64,000 nucleotides of DNA from Rhizobiaceae bacterium (GCA_965140455.1 OZ223237.1:1255646-1319645), one strand, 5' to 3'. Numbered from the stretch's first letter, positions 1 to 12,040 are shown. Notes: generated from the sequence alone by a model not told the origin. Program-made: numbers and translations.

Positions 1-25
1 GGGTTATGAACCCTTTATCGATGAA

Positions 26-2566
26 GTGGGAGAAAGCTACACTACCTTTAGATTTCTGTTGTTTGGCATATTCCTGGTAATCGGAGTTGCGCTTCTGATC
101 CTGTTTGGACCGGATCGGTTGGGAGAGCCTGTCTTTCTGGCCATTTTGGGTGTTTTTGCCAGCGTGGGCATATTTTTCCTGTTCGCATTGGTCCTGAATA
201 TCGTCCAACTCACATCACGACGAAATGCTGACGATTTTTCCAAAATTCTCATTGGGGAAATGGATGCAGGCGTTGTCGTTACAGATCACGACAATCGCGT
301 TGTCTACGCTAACAGAGCCTATGCCGAACTTCTTGGGCTCGATCATGACAGCGACATTACAAGCGTGGAAACCATCTTTTCAAGGCGACCGGAAGCAACA
401 GACATCGTTTACAAGATGGCTAATGCTGCGAAGAACAACGAAGCCAGTGTGGAAGAGGTCCGTTTAAGCTCTGGTTTAAGAAACGGTCAGGAGGGAGCCA
501 GGTGGTTCCGACTTCGCGCCCGTGGCATGGAGACCAAGTCACACGGTAAGCCTCTAACTGTCTGGCAAATTTCTGATGTTACCCGTGACCGCCACAATCA
601 GGAGTTGGCGTTTCAGCAATTGCAGGACGCAATCCACTATCTTGATCATGCACCTGCCGGTTTCATTGCTAGTGAAACCAATGGAGCGCTGGTCTACGTA
701 AACGCAACGCTGGCTGACTGGTTGGGCCTGGATCTTATCCGTTTCGAGCCCGGTAGCATTAACATGAGAGACATCATTTCTTCAGACAATCTCTCTTTGT
801 TTGAATCGTTGAAGAGTATGCACGCCAATTCATCGACGGTTGTGGTGGATCTCGACATGAAACGCAGTGATGGCACGCTCCTTCCCGTAAGGCTGTATCA
901 TCGCGTACCAATTTCTTCTGACGGTGCACCCGGCGCCACCAGAACCTTGGTCATAAACCGTTCTGCAGCAGCCATGGGTGACAGTGGAGCGCTTAAAGAC
1001 GCAGAAATTCAGTTTACCCGCTTCTTCAACAGCACACCTGTGGCAATCGCTGGTGTGAACAAAAACGGTCAAATCATTAGGACAAACGCGCCTTTCCAGA
1101 AGATGTTCTCTTCGATAATTGAGAAGCATGGATCGGTAAGCGACCTCAAATACACAGATGTCATTCCCGATGACGAGAAAACTCAAATCGAAGACGTTTT
1201 CGATCAGGCATTGGCCGGGCAGGGGGAGATATCGCCTGTTGATCTATCCATCAACGGTGAAGAAAATCGCTTTGTCAGGTTTTTCGTAAGTCCGGTTGCC
1301 AGAACAGAAGGCGAAGAAGATTTGGCAGATGCTGCCGATGAAAACGTGATCATCTACGGTATGGAGATCACTGAACAGCGGGCGCTTGAGGACAGATTTG
1401 CCAAAGGCCAGAAAATGCAGGCGGTCGGACAATTGGCAGGCGGCATCGCTCATGACTTCAACAATGTATTGACTGCTATCATAGGTTTCTCCGACTTGCT
1501 CCTGAGTAACCACAAGGCATCTGATCCGTCCTTCCAGGACATTATGAACATCAAGCAAAACGCCAACCGGGCTGCCAGTCTGGTACGCCAACTCCTGGCG
1601 TTTTCCAGACGTCAGACATTGCGCCCGCAGGTGCTGCATATGTCAGATGTCCTGTTTGATTTGCGCATGCTCTTGGATCGCCTGGCCGGTGACCGGGTTA
1701 ATCTTCAGGTGAAACACGGACGCGACCTTTGGCCGATCAAGGCAGATGTCTCCCAACTTGAACAAGTCATCGTTAATCTCGTGGTCAATGCGCGCGATGC
1801 GATGGATAATGATGGAAAGCTCGAAATTCGCACGTCAAATTTGACTAAAGAGGAATGCGAGAGAGACCATAAATATCCGGACATGCAACCTGCTGATTAT
1901 ATGCTTCTCGAGATTGAAGACGAAGGCTCCGGCATGAGCGCGGAAGTTCTGGACAAGATTTTCGAGCCGTTTTTCTCCACAAAGGAAGTGGGTAAGGGAA
2001 CTGGTCTCGGTCTTTCCACGGTTTACGGGATCATCAAACAAACCGGTGGATTTATCTATCCAGACAGTGAAGTGGGCGTAGGAACTAATTTCAAAGTCTA
2101 TTTGCCGCGATATGTGCAGACAGAAGAGGAAATTGCAGAGGCAGAGAACGAAAAGCAGGGCAAGAAGGAAGAACCTGCCAAAGACCTGACCGGAAGCTCC
2201 ACCATCCTGCTCGTGGAGGATGAGGATGCCGTACGCGCATTTGGATCCAGAGCGTTGGTTTCACGTGGTTATGAAGTGCACGAAGCAGCAAGTGGGGTGG
2301 AAGCGCTCGAAGTAATGGAAGAATATGGCGAAGAGATAGATCTCGTGGTTTCTGATGTGGTGATGCCCGAAATGGATGGTCCCACTCTTTTACGAGAACT
2401 CAGGAAAGATCATCCGGATTTGAAGTTCATCTTTGTTTCCGGTTATGCCGAAGAAGCCTTCGCCAAGAACCTGCCAGAAGAGGAGCGAGAGAAATTCGGC
2501 TTCCTGCCTAAGCCGTTCTCTCTCAAACAGCTGGCAACCACCGTGAAGGAAATGTTGGAGGAATAG
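26..2566 (+). CDS. cckA: Hybrid sensor histidine kinase/response regulator, CckA-like
   Basis: The frame is open to the window edge. GTG at 26 is the first candidate start, so the true N-terminus may lie upstream. Two N-terminal hydrophobic helices, PAS-like repeats, H-box [22 protein letters not shown], HATPase boxes ([20 protein letters not shown]), and a C-terminal receiver ([27 protein letters not shown]). Confidence 0.6.
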   Translation: MGESYTTFRFLLFGIFLVIGVALLILFGPDRLGEPVFLAILGVFASVGIFFLFALVLNIVQLTSRRNADDFSKILIGEMDAGVVVTDHDNRVVYANRAYAELLGLDHDSDITSVETIFSRRPEATDIVYKMANAAKNNEASVEEVRLSSGLRNGQEGARWFRLRARGMETKSHGKPLTVWQISDVTRDRHNQELAFQQLQDAIHYLDHAPAGFIASETNGALVYVNATLADWLGLDLIRFEPGSINMRDIISSDNLSLFESLKSMHANSSTVVVDLDMKRSDGTLLPVRLYHRVPISSDGAPGATRTLVINRSAAAMGDSGALKDAEIQFTRFFNSTPVAIAGVNKNGQIIRTNAPFQKMFSSIIEKHGSVSDLKYTDVIPDDEKTQIEDVFDQALAGQGEISPVDLSINGEENRFVRFFVSPVARTEGEEDLADAADENVIIYGMEITEQRALEDRFAKGQKMQAVGQLAGGIAHDFNNVLTAIIGFSDLLLSNHKASDPSFQDIMNIKQNANRAASLVRQLLAFSRRQTLRPQVLHMSDVLFDLRMLLDRLAGDRVNLQVKHGRDLWPIKADVSQLEQVIVNLVVNARDAMDNDGKLEIRTSNLTKEECERDHKYPDMQPADYMLLEIEDEGSGMSAEVLDKIFEPFFSTKEVGKGTGLGLSTVYGIIKQTGGFIYPDSEVGVGTNFKVYLPRYVQTEEEIAEAENEKQGKKEEPAKDLTGSSTILLVEDEDAVRAFGSRALVSRGYEVHEAASGVEALEVMEEYGEEIDLVVSDVVMPEMDGPTLLRELRKDHPDLKFIFVSGYAEEAFAKNLPEEEREKFGFLPKPFSLKQLATTVKEMLEE

Positions 2567-2596
2567 GGATTTAGAGCCCATGCAAGGAAATTCGAT

Positions 2597-3049
2597 TTGA
2601 ATCTCAAAGTTCCTCCACCTCTGCAAGCACTCATATGCGCTGGTCTGATTTGGCTTATCGCTCGCACATTGCCTGAGTTTTCATTCTCCTTTCCCGGCCA
2701 AACAATTGTGACAATATGTGTAACTGTAATTGGAGTGCTGATTGACGTTGTTTCGCTGAATTTCTTCGTGCGGGCAAAGACAACTGTTAGTCCCATGTCA
2801 CCTGAAAAGACCACATCCCTGTTCACAGATGGCGTCTACAAATATACCAGAAACCCAATGTATCTGGGCCTTGCACTCATATTGAGTGGGTTCGCCATAT
2901 GGCAGGGAAATCTGTTTGGTTTCGTTGGTGTCGTTCTATTCGTGGGATATGTCACACGTTTTCAGATCATCCCGGAAGAGACAGTTCTACGCGAAAAATT
3001 TGGTCAGGAATATGAGGATTACTGCTCCAGAACGGGCCGGTGGTTGTAG
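2597..3049 (+). CDS. Isoprenylcysteine carboxyl / phospholipid methyltransferase-family membrane protein
   Basis: 150 aa with several hydrophobic helices. Family-typical YKYTRNPMYLGLAL followed by an EE..L...FG..Y..Y tail. TTG start at 2597; no ATG alternative nearby. Confidence 0.6.
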   Translation: MNLKVPPPLQALICAGLIWLIARTLPEFSFSFPGQTIVTICVTVIGVLIDVVSLNFFVRAKTTVSPMSPEKTTSLFTDGVYKYTRNPMYLGLALILSGFAIWQGNLFGFVGVVLFVGYVTRFQIIPEETVLREKFGQEYEDYCSRTGRWL

Positions 3050-3056
3050 CTACAAA

Positions 3057-3890
3057 TCACTTGTTTGTGGAAAGCTTGTACTTCTTCATCTCTTGCGGTG
3101 AAAAATAGTAAAGCTGCTGTGGAGGGGTATCCAGTGCATGCAGCCAAAGGTCGGGATCAGCTCCCATCAATTTGAGGTGCCGTTTAATATCAGCCGTAGT
3201 TTGCTGGGTGCTGGAGACAACTTCACCTTTAGGGCGCGTGTCATTGCGCGGTGCAAATACCTGATGAACACCAATAGCGGATTTTTCACCAGCAAAACGT
3301 TCTTTGCCGCCCACAAATATCAACGGGCAGGACGACGCACACAATTTTCCGTCCAGCACAGATGTGGTCCAGCCATTTTCACGAATGGTGTTTGAAATCT
3401 CCAATGCGTCGTAAACCGAGCCGCCTGGCGAATCCAGTTCGATGCGATTGATATACTCTTTTATGTTCTCGACTTTTTCCGCAAACACTTGAGCCGTTCC
3501 CGGCACGATGTGTCCGATCATGTGAAGTTCTCCACCGGATTTAAGCTCAATCGTCATGGGAGTGTTCAGGATTTCCGGAGCGGTTGTGATGGCTGGACGT
3601 TTCGTCTGTTGTGAATCATCCAGATTGGGATTGTCCGGTGCAAGGAAGGGAAGAACGGTGTCAGGAACAAGCTCAGGCAATGCTGCCGGCGTCTGTTCGA
3701 TCTCTTGCATCACAAGGTTTCGATAGTCGAGTATCAACGTGACAATGACAACGGCCAACACCACATAAAACAATCCTCTTGCCAAAGCACCGTCATCAAG
3801 ATGCTTGGCCCCTGACGCAATTTTAGTCACCCGGTCACGTGCGGAAATGTATAATTTCTTTGATTGAACAAGGCGGTTGCTGGCTAACAT
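3057..3890 (-). CDS. Membrane-anchored periplasmic protein with ClpP/NfeD-like fold (COG3904-like), function unknown
   Basis: 277 aa. Single N-terminal TM (GLFYVVLAVVIVTLILDY), then IELDSPGGSVYDALEISNTIR and LCASSCPLIF, resembling the SPGG and active-site segments of the ClpP/S49 superfamily. Lies 5 nt downstream of the preceding minus-strand ORF. Confidence 0.6.
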   Translation of the reverse strand: MLASNRLVQSKKLYISARDRVTKIASGAKHLDDGALARGLFYVVLAVVIVTLILDYRNLVMQEIEQTPAALPELVPDTVLPFLAPDNPNLDDSQQTKRPAITTAPEILNTPMTIELKSGGELHMIGHIVPGTAQVFAEKVENIKEYINRIELDSPGGSVYDALEISNTIRENGWTTSVLDGKLCASSCPLIFVGGKERFAGEKSAIGVHQVFAPRNDTRPKGEVVSSTQQTTADIKRHLKLMGADPDLWLHALDTPPQQLYYFSPQEMKKYKLSTNK

Positions 3891-3895
3891 AGCAC

Positions 3896-5194
3896 CTATC
3901 GACTGTCTTCAATTCGTTTGCGCTGCGAAGCATCGATCGGCCGAAGAAGTGTCGTATTGTCCGACGTATCTTCATCTTCATCATCGGCTTGTGGCTGTTC
4001 TTTATCGCTATCACTTGTCATTCCCTGATAAAGGGATACGGCCCTCATCATGTCCGCTGCACTCATTTTCTCAGCAGGATCGAGGGCCTGGTTTTCCTGT
4101 CTGATCGCAGAATGGGCCACACAAAGTACCAATACTAATACTGCTGGTAGCAGGTCGATCGAAATGGCACCCGCCCAACTTGGTACGAAATCACCAGCGT
4201 AAACCAAAACGGCTTCCGCACTCGATAGCGGTACAAACCGTCTGGATGGCACGCTCGGTTCGGAAAGGATTTGATCGGCGGCGGCTGCCAGAGCAGACGA
4301 TTGAGCAGCCACAGACGCTTTGACTGTGTCGATTACAGTATTTTGCCGTGAAGCGAGGTCCTGATTAGAGCCATCTGCAATCGGCGCTATGAAACCAAGC
4401 GATAAATCCTCTGCCGCACGACGAACCGACGGAGCAATAGCTGTTTCCTGCAATTCAGCAATAACGCCTGCAAGCGCAATCGCTTCTGCACCGAAGTCAT
4501 CAGCTCTCGGCTGGACAGCACCTGTCCCTGATACAAGCGTTCGCATCCGCGCAAGGTGTTCACGTCCCTTTTCGAACTGAGACTCAGTCTCTTTCCTGGA
4601 ATCACTGATCGTTGTCGCCAATTCATCCAGCTGATCACCCATTTGCGTCAGGAGTTGAACCACGCTGCCAGAGCCGGAAGTGCCGGTCAGAGCACCATTT
4701 GTGCGTTCTTCACTCGCCAGCCGTTTAAAACGCTCCGAAGCGCGCTGAACATCAGGCAAAAGACTTTGGGCGGATAGAGCCTTGGCGTTAGCCTTGTCCA
4801 GATCCTGCACATAGCCTTCCAGAGTGAGCGCAAGATGCTGTTCTGTGGCCGCTGAACCGGCCAAAGCAGCAGCGTTCAACCACGAGGACATGGCAATGAT
4901 CATGACCGATCCCAGTGCCATTGCGCCGAAAAGGATCAAACGACGCGCACCATCATGAATTAATGGAATGAATTTCATAAGGTATGTCCAGAAGGCATAG
5001 ATGCCGACAGAAACCGCTGTCGCGTAAATAACGCTTGCAAAGAAAACCTGTGTTGACGAGCCATCGATAAGGCTTCGAACACCCAGATAAGTATAAACAC
5101 CACTCGCAACCGATAATATGGCCAATGCGAAGCGAGACATTACTTCAAGATTCTGAATGCCATCGCGTATTTTGCTTGCGTTATTGGGTTCCAT
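3896..5194 (-). CDS. Polytopic membrane protein with long central alpha-helical region and acidic C-terminal tail, unknown function
   Basis: The ORF track gives 3896..5260. I prefer the internal ATG at 5194 (MEPNNASK), which follows a GGGG/AGG-rich stretch. Three N-terminal TM helices, a soluble region of about 230 aa rich in A/E/Q/L, a fourth TM, and a DDEDED tail. Confidence 0.55.
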   Translation of the reverse strand: MEPNNASKIRDGIQNLEVMSRFALAILSVASGVYTYLGVRSLIDGSSTQVFFASVIYATAVSVGIYAFWTYLMKFIPLIHDGARRLILFGAMALGSVMIIAMSSWLNAAALAGSAATEQHLALTLEGYVQDLDKANAKALSAQSLLPDVQRASERFKRLASEERTNGALTGTSGSGSVVQLLTQMGDQLDELATTISDSRKETESQFEKGREHLARMRTLVSGTGAVQPRADDFGAEAIALAGVIAELQETAIAPSVRRAAEDLSLGFIAPIADGSNQDLASRQNTVIDTVKASVAAQSSALAAAADQILSEPSVPSRRFVPLSSAEAVLVYAGDFVPSWAGAISIDLLPAVLVLVLCVAHSAIRQENQALDPAEKMSAADMMRAVSLYQGMTSDSDKEQPQADDEDEDTSDNTTLLRPIDASQRKRIEDSR

Positions 5195-5536
5195 GCCAAT
5201 CCTGCCCCTTAGATACTCGGTACTGATAAGAACACATTGTGGAGCAAAAATGGTCAGCAAGTCAAAATCATTAAACTTTTATTGAAGCAGCAAGACCCGA
5301 ATATTCTTGACCATAGCCCGTTTTACAAGGGATTTCGGACGGTCAGTTATCTAACCCAGAAGAGAATAACGCTTGCGAGTGTCAAATGCCTCTGCTATTG
5401 CGTTGCGCCAACGCGGAAATGTCTTTCCAGATTGAGCTCTGGCTTAAATAGCTTACTCCGTTTCCAATAAGATAAACCGGTGTCATTTATTGCTTCGCGC
5501 AAAGTCGACATATTTAAACACGAACAGGTTTGAAAA

Positions 5537-6886
5537 ATGCAGGTTACAGAAACCCTTAACGAAGGTTTGAAGCGTGAACTGAAAATCGTTGTGCCGAAAG
5601 GTGACATGTCCACACAGATGGATGAAAGACTTGAGCAACTGAAAGATCAAGTAACACTCAAGGGGTTCCGCAAAGGCAAAGTGCCAATGTCTCATCTGAA
5701 GAAGATGTACGGCAAACAGGCCATGTCCGAGGTTGTGAACGACTACATCACGAAACGAACAGCAGAAGTTCTCAAAGAACGTGAAGAGCGTGCAGCTCAG
5801 CAACCAGAAATTTCCATGACAGAAGATGAGAAAGAAGCTGAAGAGATCCTTTCAGGCAATCTCGATTTCGAATTCTCCATGTCATACGAAGTAATGCCTG
5901 AAATCAACACACCAGAGCTTGAGAAGCTTTCACTTGTTCGCCCTGTTGTGGATGTGAGTGACAAGGAAATTGATGAGCAGATCGAGAAAATCGGCGAATC
6001 AATGATTCCTTATGAAGAGAAAAAGGGTAAGGCAGCCAAAAAAGACCGTGTCACCATGAACTATCTGGGCAAGATTGACGGCGAAGCCTTTGACGGTGGT
6101 GCAGACAACGATGCGAAGCTGGTTCTGGGTTCAGGAACCTTCATACCGGGTTTTGAAGATCAGTTGATTGGTTCAAAAGCGGGCGATGAAACTGTCGTTA
6201 AGGTCAAGTTCCCAGATGAATACGGTGCAACACATCTGGCAGGCAAAGATGCCGAGTTCGAAGTAACTGTTTCTTTGGTTGAAAAGCCAGGCAAGCTGGA
6301 AATCGATGATGAATTTGCTTCCAAACTTGGTATGGAAAACGTCGAAAAACTCCGCGAAGCAGTGCAGGGACAATTGGTTCAGCAATTCAGCGGCCTGAGC
6401 AAAACACGCGTTAAGCGTCAGGTGCTTGATCAACTGGACGAGAAAACAGAGATGGAACTGCCGTCAAAAATGGTTGAACAGGAATATGACAACATCTGGA
6501 ACCAGATGAATGTTGAACTGGAAAGAGCCGGTAAGTCCTTTGAAGACGAAGGAACCACCGAAGAAGAAGCCAAGAAAGAATATCGTAGTCTGGCAGAACG
6601 TCGTGTGAGGTTGGGCCTGGTGCTTGCCAACATCGGTGAAACAGCAGATGTGGAAGTGACCGAGGAAGAAATGCAAGCTGCGGTTTATCAACAGCTGCAA
6701 CAATATCCAGGACAGGAAGAGCAGGTTTTGAACTACTTCCGGGAAAATCCTGACGCGGTTGCTGGCCTTCGTGCTCCACTTTATGAAGACAAGGTTGTTG
6801 ATTTCATCGTCGAGAAGGCTGAAATCAAGGAAGAAACCATTACCAAGGAAGAATTGATCAAACTGGTTGAGGAGGACGAAGAATAA
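5537..6886 (+). CDS. tig: Trigger factor
   Basis: 449 aa. N-terminal MQVTETLNEGLKRELKIVVP with GFRKGKVP ribosome-binding signature, central FKBP-type PPIase region (GFIPGFEDQLIG). Conserved position upstream of clpP-clpX-lon. Confidence 0.95.
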   Translation: MQVTETLNEGLKRELKIVVPKGDMSTQMDERLEQLKDQVTLKGFRKGKVPMSHLKKMYGKQAMSEVVNDYITKRTAEVLKEREERAAQQPEISMTEDEKEAEEILSGNLDFEFSMSYEVMPEINTPELEKLSLVRPVVDVSDKEIDEQIEKIGESMIPYEEKKGKAAKKDRVTMNYLGKIDGEAFDGGADNDAKLVLGSGTFIPGFEDQLIGSKAGDETVVKVKFPDEYGATHLAGKDAEFEVTVSLVEKPGKLEIDDEFASKLGMENVEKLREAVQGQLVQQFSGLSKTRVKRQVLDQLDEKTEMELPSKMVEQEYDNIWNQMNVELERAGKSFEDEGTTEEEAKKEYRSLAERRVRLGLVLANIGETADVEVTEEEMQAAVYQQLQQYPGQEEQVLNYFRENPDAVAGLRAPLYEDKVVDFIVEKAEIKEETITKEELIKLVEEDEE

Positions 6887-6927
6887 GCTTCTTCTTCTCA
6901 AAATAAGATTTTTTTCAAAATTCCATT

Positions 6928-6954
6928 AACCCTGCAGAGATGCGGGGTTTTTTG
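6928..6954 (+). terminator. Rho-independent terminator after tig
   Basis: AACCCTGC-AGAGAT-GCGGGGTT hairpin (one G-T pair) followed by a T-run. Confidence 0.7.
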
Positions 6955-7116
6955 TTAAGACTCAGGAAAGTTGTTGTTTGTATCGGTTGTGTGGAAAATA
7001 GGAAAGTCACAGCATATGCAGTCACAAGCTGACATCACCCCTTTAATTCTCCGCTTGCATGACCTATTTTCCGACAAACGTTGCAAAAGATCGCGATTCG
7101 AAAAGGCTATTGATAA

Positions 7117-7737
7117 ATGAAAGATCCAATTGATACCTATATGAACCTTGTTCCTATGGTTGTTGAACAATCCAACCGTGGCGAACGAGCATATGACATT
7201 TTTTCACGGCTTTTGAAGGAGCGCATCATCTTCATAACAGGGCCGATTGAAGATCAGATGGCATCTTTGGTGTGCGCCCAGTTGCTCTTCCTCGAGGCAG
7301 ATAACCCTAGTAAAGAAATCAACCTTTACATCAATTCACCTGGCGGTGTTGTGACCTCAGGCATGGGTATTTACGACACCATGCAGTTCATTAAGCCTGC
7401 AGTTTCAACCCTTTGTATCGGTCAGGCCGCTTCAATGGGGTCTCTGCTGTTGTGTGCTGGTAACGAAGACATGCGGTTTGCATTGCCTAACGCCAGAATT
7501 ATGGTTCACCAGCCATCCGGAGGCTTCCAGGGCCAGGCTTCAGACATTCAGCGCCACGCAGAAGACATCATGAAGATGAAACGCCGCTTGAATGAGGTTT
7601 ATGTCAAACATACAGGTCAGGACTACGAGACGATCGAAAAAACACTCGATCGCGACCACTTCATGACTGCAGAAGAAACAAAAGAGTTCGGAATCATCGA
7701 CAAAGTGATCGAGCACCGTGAAATTAACGAAGAATAG
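7117..7737 (+). CDS. clpP: ATP-dependent Clp protease proteolytic subunit
   Basis: 206 aa. Ser motif GQAASMGS, His motif MVHQPSGG, and ERD..RD.FM tail. Confidence 0.97.
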   Translation: MKDPIDTYMNLVPMVVEQSNRGERAYDIFSRLLKERIIFITGPIEDQMASLVCAQLLFLEADNPSKEINLYINSPGGVVTSGMGIYDTMQFIKPAVSTLCIGQAASMGSLLLCAGNEDMRFALPNARIMVHQPSGGFQGQASDIQRHAEDIMKMKRRLNEVYVKHTGQDYETIEKTLDRDHFMTAEETKEFGIIDKVIEHREINEE

Positions 7738-7963
7738 AGGTGATTCTATTTGTTAAGTCTCTGTGAATGTTTTATGACGTAGAATGGCGCCAGAAACTTT
7801 GCAGAGGGGCCTTGTACCTAGGCTATTTAAGTGCTTGTTTTGTTAGTTGAGTATTTTGTATTACGCATGTGTGATTTGCGAGTTATAGGCTGGTTACACT
7901 AACTAAAGGGTAGATTGTCACGAGTTTTTCCTGACAAACACAATGACCTGGTAAGGATTGTTT

Positions 7964-9241
7964 ATGAGCAAAATTTCCAATTCCGGTAGTGGTGGAGATT
8001 CAAAAAATACACTTTACTGCTCGTTTTGCGGTAAGAGCCAACATGAAGTTCGCAAACTGATTGCTGGGCCCACCGTGTTCATATGCGATGAGTGTGTAGA
8101 ACTTTGTATGGACATCATCCGTGAGGAAAATAAGTCCTCTATGGTTAAGTCTGGTGAAGGAATCCCTACACCGCAGGAGATTCTTGAAGTACTGGACGAT
8201 TATGTAATTGGTCAGGCTCATGCCAAGCGCGTTCTTTCAGTGGCTGTACATAACCACTACAAGCGCTTGAACCACGCTACAAAAAACCAGGATGTTGAGC
8301 TTGCCAAGTCCAACATCATGCTTATCGGGCCTACAGGTTGTGGTAAAACCCTTCTTGCGCAAACTCTTGCACGTATTCTGGATGTCCCATTCACGATGGC
8401 AGACGCCACCACATTGACTGAAGCGGGTTATGTGGGTGAAGACGTGGAAAACATCATCCTGAAACTTCTCCAGGCCTCTGATTACAACGTGGAACGTGCA
8501 CAGCGCGGTATCGTTTACATCGATGAGGTGGATAAGATTTCCCGTAAGTCTGACAACCCGTCGATCACACGCGATGTGTCAGGTGAGGGCGTACAGCAGG
8601 CATTGTTGAAGATTATGGAAGGCACAGTAGCTTCTGTTCCTCCTCAGGGCGGTCGTAAGCACCCGCAACAGGAATTCTTGCAGGTCGATACAACAAACAT
8701 GCTGTTTGTCTGTGGTGGCGCATTTGCGGGCCTTGAGAAAATCATTTCTGAACGCGGTCAGAAGACCTCCATCGGCTTTGGTGCCCATGTGGAGAAACCT
8801 GATGAGCGTAAGACAGGTGAATTGCTTCGCGGTGTAGAACCTGAAGATCTACAGAAATTCGGTCTCATCCCTGAATTTATTGGTCGTGTGCCTGTTCTGG
8901 CCACACTGGAAGATTTGGATGAAGATGCGCTTGTACAAATCCTGACTGAGCCAAAAAATGCTCTGGTAAAGCAGTATCAGCGCCTGTTTGAGCTTGAAGA
9001 AGTCAAATTGGTGTTCCACGAAGATGCTCTTGCAGCGGTCGCACGTCGTGCAATCGTACGAAAGACAGGTGCTCGTGGGTTGCGCTCGATCCTCGAAGGT
9101 ATTCTGCTGGATACAATGTTCGAATTGCCAGCTCTAGAAGGTGTGGAAGAGGTTGTGATCTCTGAAGAAGTGGTCGAAGGCAACGCCAGACCACTGTACA
9201 TCTATTCCGATAAGGAAGAGGAGAAAGAGGCAAGCGCCTGA
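7964..9241 (+). CDS. clpX: ATP-dependent Clp protease ATP-binding subunit ClpX
   Basis: Zinc-binding N-domain CSFCGK...CDEC, Walker A GPTGCGKT, Walker B VYIDEVDK. The track starts at TTG 7958; ATG 7964 sits 6 nt after AAGGA and is preferred. Confidence 0.97.
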   Translation: MSKISNSGSGGDSKNTLYCSFCGKSQHEVRKLIAGPTVFICDECVELCMDIIREENKSSMVKSGEGIPTPQEILEVLDDYVIGQAHAKRVLSVAVHNHYKRLNHATKNQDVELAKSNIMLIGPTGCGKTLLAQTLARILDVPFTMADATTLTEAGYVGEDVENIILKLLQASDYNVERAQRGIVYIDEVDKISRKSDNPSITRDVSGEGVQQALLKIMEGTVASVPPQGGRKHPQQEFLQVDTTNMLFVCGGAFAGLEKIISERGQKTSIGFGAHVEKPDERKTGELLRGVEPEDLQKFGLIPEFIGRVPVLATLEDLDEDALVQILTEPKNALVKQYQRLFELEEVKLVFHEDALAAVARRAIVRKTGARGLRSILEGILLDTMFELPALEGVEEVVISEEVVEGNARPLYIYSDKEEEKEASA

Positions 9242-9266
9242 TTTTCCTAATGGATTTGAAAAAATT

Positions 9267-9301
9267 GAACCGTCTGTTTTACTAACAGGCGGTTCTTTTT
9301 T
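9267..9301 (+). terminator. Rho-independent terminator after clpX
   Basis: GAACCGTCTGT-TTTACTA-ACAGGCGGTTC hairpin (11 bp, one G-T) followed by TTTTTT. Confidence 0.8.
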
Positions 9302-9375
9302 GTGCGAGTTTCAAAAATCCGCATTTTTACGTGTGTAAAAGTGAAAATTACTGAGCTTGTTTCGGTCATTGTTCA

Positions 9376-9404
9376 CTTGAATTCGCAACCACACAATCCC
9401 AAAT
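9376..9404 (+). promoter_or_regulatory. Candidate RpoH (sigma-32)-type promoter upstream of lon
   Basis: CTTGAA at 9376-9381, a 16-nt spacer, then CCCAAAT at 9398-9404. This resembles the CTTGAA-N13-17-CCCCATNT heat-shock consensus, and lon is a classical heat-shock gene. By-eye match only. Confidence 0.3.
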
Positions 9405-9567
9405 AGTTCGTAGCAAAAATTAGTGACCTTGATGCCGGTCCTATACCTGGTTTTCCCCAGCTTCTGGATAATTAGGCATAAATCCCAAAAACGGTGTTCG
9501 GCATTGGCAATTGGGTTTACACTAGGTCATAGATTCGCAGGAGAATCCTGCATGAAAGGAATTGTCT

Positions 9568-12003
9568 ATGAGCATAGATACCAAAGGCGATATTGAGTTT
9601 GGCGCAGGTGATGTACTTCCATTGCTGCCATTGCGTGACATCGTTGTTTTCCCGCACATGATCGTGCCCCTGTTTGTGGGCAGGGAAAAGTCGATTGCAG
9701 CTCTTGAAGAGGTTATGAACACTGATCGCCAGGTTTTATTGTTTACGCAAAGAAATGCCGGTGAAGATGATCCAACACCGGAGTCTCTTTATGAGATCGG
9801 TACGCTGGCTTCAGTACTGCAATTACTGAAATTGCCTGACGGCACTGTAAAAGTGCTTGTGGAAGGCGTTTCCAGGGCACGTGTGCGCAAATTTACAGGG
9901 CGTACGGAGTATTTTGAGGCTGTTGCCGACATTCTTGAGGATCAGGATGATGATCCGGTTGAAATCGAAGCCCTGGCCCGTTCTGTGATCAGTGACTTTG
10001 AGAATTACGTCAAACTGAACAAAAAAGTCTCTCCGGAAGTGGTGAGTTCGGTCAGTCAGATCGATGAGTATTCGAAACTGGCAGACACCGTCGCTTCACA
10101 TCTGGCCGTGAAAATTGCCGATAAGCAGGAGATTCTTGGAATATTTAGCGTCAAAGAGCGCCTGGAGCACGTTATCGGCATGATGGAGAGCGAAGTTTCC
10201 GTTCTTCAGGTTGAAAAACGGATCCGTGGTCGCGTGAAGCGCCAAATGGAGAAAACACAACGCGAGTACTATCTGAATGAGCAGATGAAGGCCATTCAGA
10301 AGGAGCTCGGTGAGGGTGAAGACGGAAAGGATGAGTTGCAGGAAATCGAGCAACGCATCGAAAAGACCAAGCTCTCCAAGGAAGCCAAAGAAAAGGCAAA
10401 TGCTGAATTCAAAAAGCTGAAGCAGATGAGCCCGATGTCCGCGGAAGCAACCGTAGTCCGCAATTATCTGGATTGGTTGCTTGGTATCCCGTGGGGTAAG
10501 CGCTCTTCTGTTAAAACTGACCTTCATAAGGCTCAGGACATTCTGGATACGGATCACTATGGGCTTGAGAAAGTCAAAGAGCGGATCATCGAGTATCTTG
10601 CTGTTCAAGCGCGTGCGAAGAAAATCAAAGGCCCAATCCTTTGTCTTGTAGGCCCTCCAGGTGTTGGTAAAACCTCACTTGGCAAGTCTATCGCGAAAGC
10701 AACCGGCCGTGAATTCGTGCGTATGGCTTTGGGTGGCGTTCGCGATGAAGCTGAAATCCGTGGTCACAGACGTACCTACATCGGCTCAATGCCGGGTAAG
10801 GTGATCCAATCAATGAAAAAGGCGAAGAAAGCAAACCCGCTGTTTTTGCTGGATGAGATCGACAAAATGGGTATGGACTTCCGCGGCGATCCTTCATCAG
10901 CATTACTGGAAGTGCTTGATCCCGAACAAAACAACACTTTCGCAGATCACTATCTGGAAGTGGACTATGATCTGTCAAACGTGATGTTTGTTACAACTGC
11001 CAATACGCTCAACATTCCTGGCCCATTGATGGACCGTATGGAGATCATTCGTATTGCCGGTTACACGGAAGACGAAAAACTGGAGATTGCAAAACGCCAC
11101 TTGTTACCGAAGGCAATTAAGGATCATGCGCTGCAACCCAAGGAATTTTCGGTTTCTGACGAAGCAGTTCGCAGTGTGATCCAGACTTATACTCGCGAAG
11201 CTGGTGTACGTAACCTGGAAAGAGAACTTTCCAAACTCGCCCGTAAAGCCGTGACAGAGATCATGAAGGGTAATCGCAAGGTTATCAAAGTCACACCGAA
11301 AAACGTTGATGAATTCCTCGGTATTCCGAAATTCAGACATGGTGAAGCGGAGAAAGAGGATCAGGTTGGTGTTGTGACCGGACTTGCCTGGACAGAGGTT
11401 GGTGGCGAGCTGCTTACCATTGAAGGCGTTTCCATGCCGGGTAAGGGCAAGATGACCGTTACTGGTAACCTTAAGGATGTGATGAAGGAATCAATTTCCG
11501 CCGCAGCATCCTATGTGAGATCCAGATCAGTGGACTTTGGCATTGAGCCACCGTCATTTGATCGCATGGATATCCACGTCCACGTGCCCGAAGGTGCAAC
11601 GCCAAAAGATGGTCCTTCTGCAGGTATTGGCATGGCCACATCTATTGTATCCGTAATGACCGGAATTCCTGTGAGAGCTAACATCGCGATGACTGGTGAA
11701 GTCACGCTACGTGGCCGGGTTCTGCCGATTGGCGGCCTGAAGGAAAAACTTCTGGCGGCACTGAGAGGTGGTATTACCAAGGTCCTTATTCCTGAGGAAA
11801 ATGCCAAGGATCTGCCGGATATTCCGGATAATGTTAAGAACGGTCTGGAAATCGTTCCCGTTACCGGAATGGATGAAGTGCTGGAACATGCGCTGACCTC
11901 CATGCCGAAAGCCATTGAATGGACCCCAGAGGATGCTGAGAGAGCACGTCAGGAATTGATGGGAAAAAGTTCTGATGATGCTGTAGGCAATGTGGCCCAT
12001 TAG
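9568..12003 (+). CDS. lon: ATP-dependent Lon protease
   Basis: About 811 aa. Walker [10 protein letters not shown], catalytic Ser segment PKDGPSAG, Lys segment [19 protein letters not shown]. The track starts at TTG 9562; ATG 9568 follows AAGGA. Confidence 0.97.
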   Translation: MSIDTKGDIEFGAGDVLPLLPLRDIVVFPHMIVPLFVGREKSIAALEEVMNTDRQVLLFTQRNAGEDDPTPESLYEIGTLASVLQLLKLPDGTVKVLVEGVSRARVRKFTGRTEYFEAVADILEDQDDDPVEIEALARSVISDFENYVKLNKKVSPEVVSSVSQIDEYSKLADTVASHLAVKIADKQEILGIFSVKERLEHVIGMMESEVSVLQVEKRIRGRVKRQMEKTQREYYLNEQMKAIQKELGEGEDGKDELQEIEQRIEKTKLSKEAKEKANAEFKKLKQMSPMSAEATVVRNYLDWLLGIPWGKRSSVKTDLHKAQDILDTDHYGLEKVKERIIEYLAVQARAKKIKGPILCLVGPPGVGKTSLGKSIAKATGREFVRMALGGVRDEAEIRGHRRTYIGSMPGKVIQSMKKAKKANPLFLLDEIDKMGMDFRGDPSSALLEVLDPEQNNTFADHYLEVDYDLSNVMFVTTANTLNIPGPLMDRMEIIRIAGYTEDEKLEIAKRHLLPKAIKDHALQPKEFSVSDEAVRSVIQTYTREAGVRNLERELSKLARKAVTEIMKGNRKVIKVTPKNVDEFLGIPKFRHGEAEKEDQVGVVTGLAWTEVGGELLTIEGVSMPGKGKMTVTGNLKDVMKESISAAASYVRSRSVDFGIEPPSFDRMDIHVHVPEGATPKDGPSAGIGMATSIVSVMTGIPVRANIAMTGEVTLRGRVLPIGGLKEKLLAALRGGITKVLIPEENAKDLPDIPDNVKNGLEIVPVTGMDEVLEHALTSMPKAIEWTPEDAERARQELMGKSSDDAVGNVAH

Positions 12004-12040
12004 ACAGGGTTTTCACATTCCAGATCAATAATTTCAAATG

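Noticed and set aside
7738-7963. CtrA-box (TTAA-N7-TTAA) or other cell-cycle regulator sites in the clpP-clpX, tig and clpP upstream spacers.
   Set aside because: Spot checks found only half-matches (for example TTAAGTCTCTGTGAA and TTACACTAACTAAA). No perfect box was seen by eye. This was not an exhaustive scan.
26-12003. Functional linkage of the CckA-like kinase with the nearby clpP-clpX-lon genes (the CtrA proteolysis theme known from Caulobacter).
   Set aside because: Three unrelated genes and opposite-strand units separate them, and tig-clpP-clpX-lon-hupB is an ancient conserved block on its own. Adjacency is most simply coincidence.
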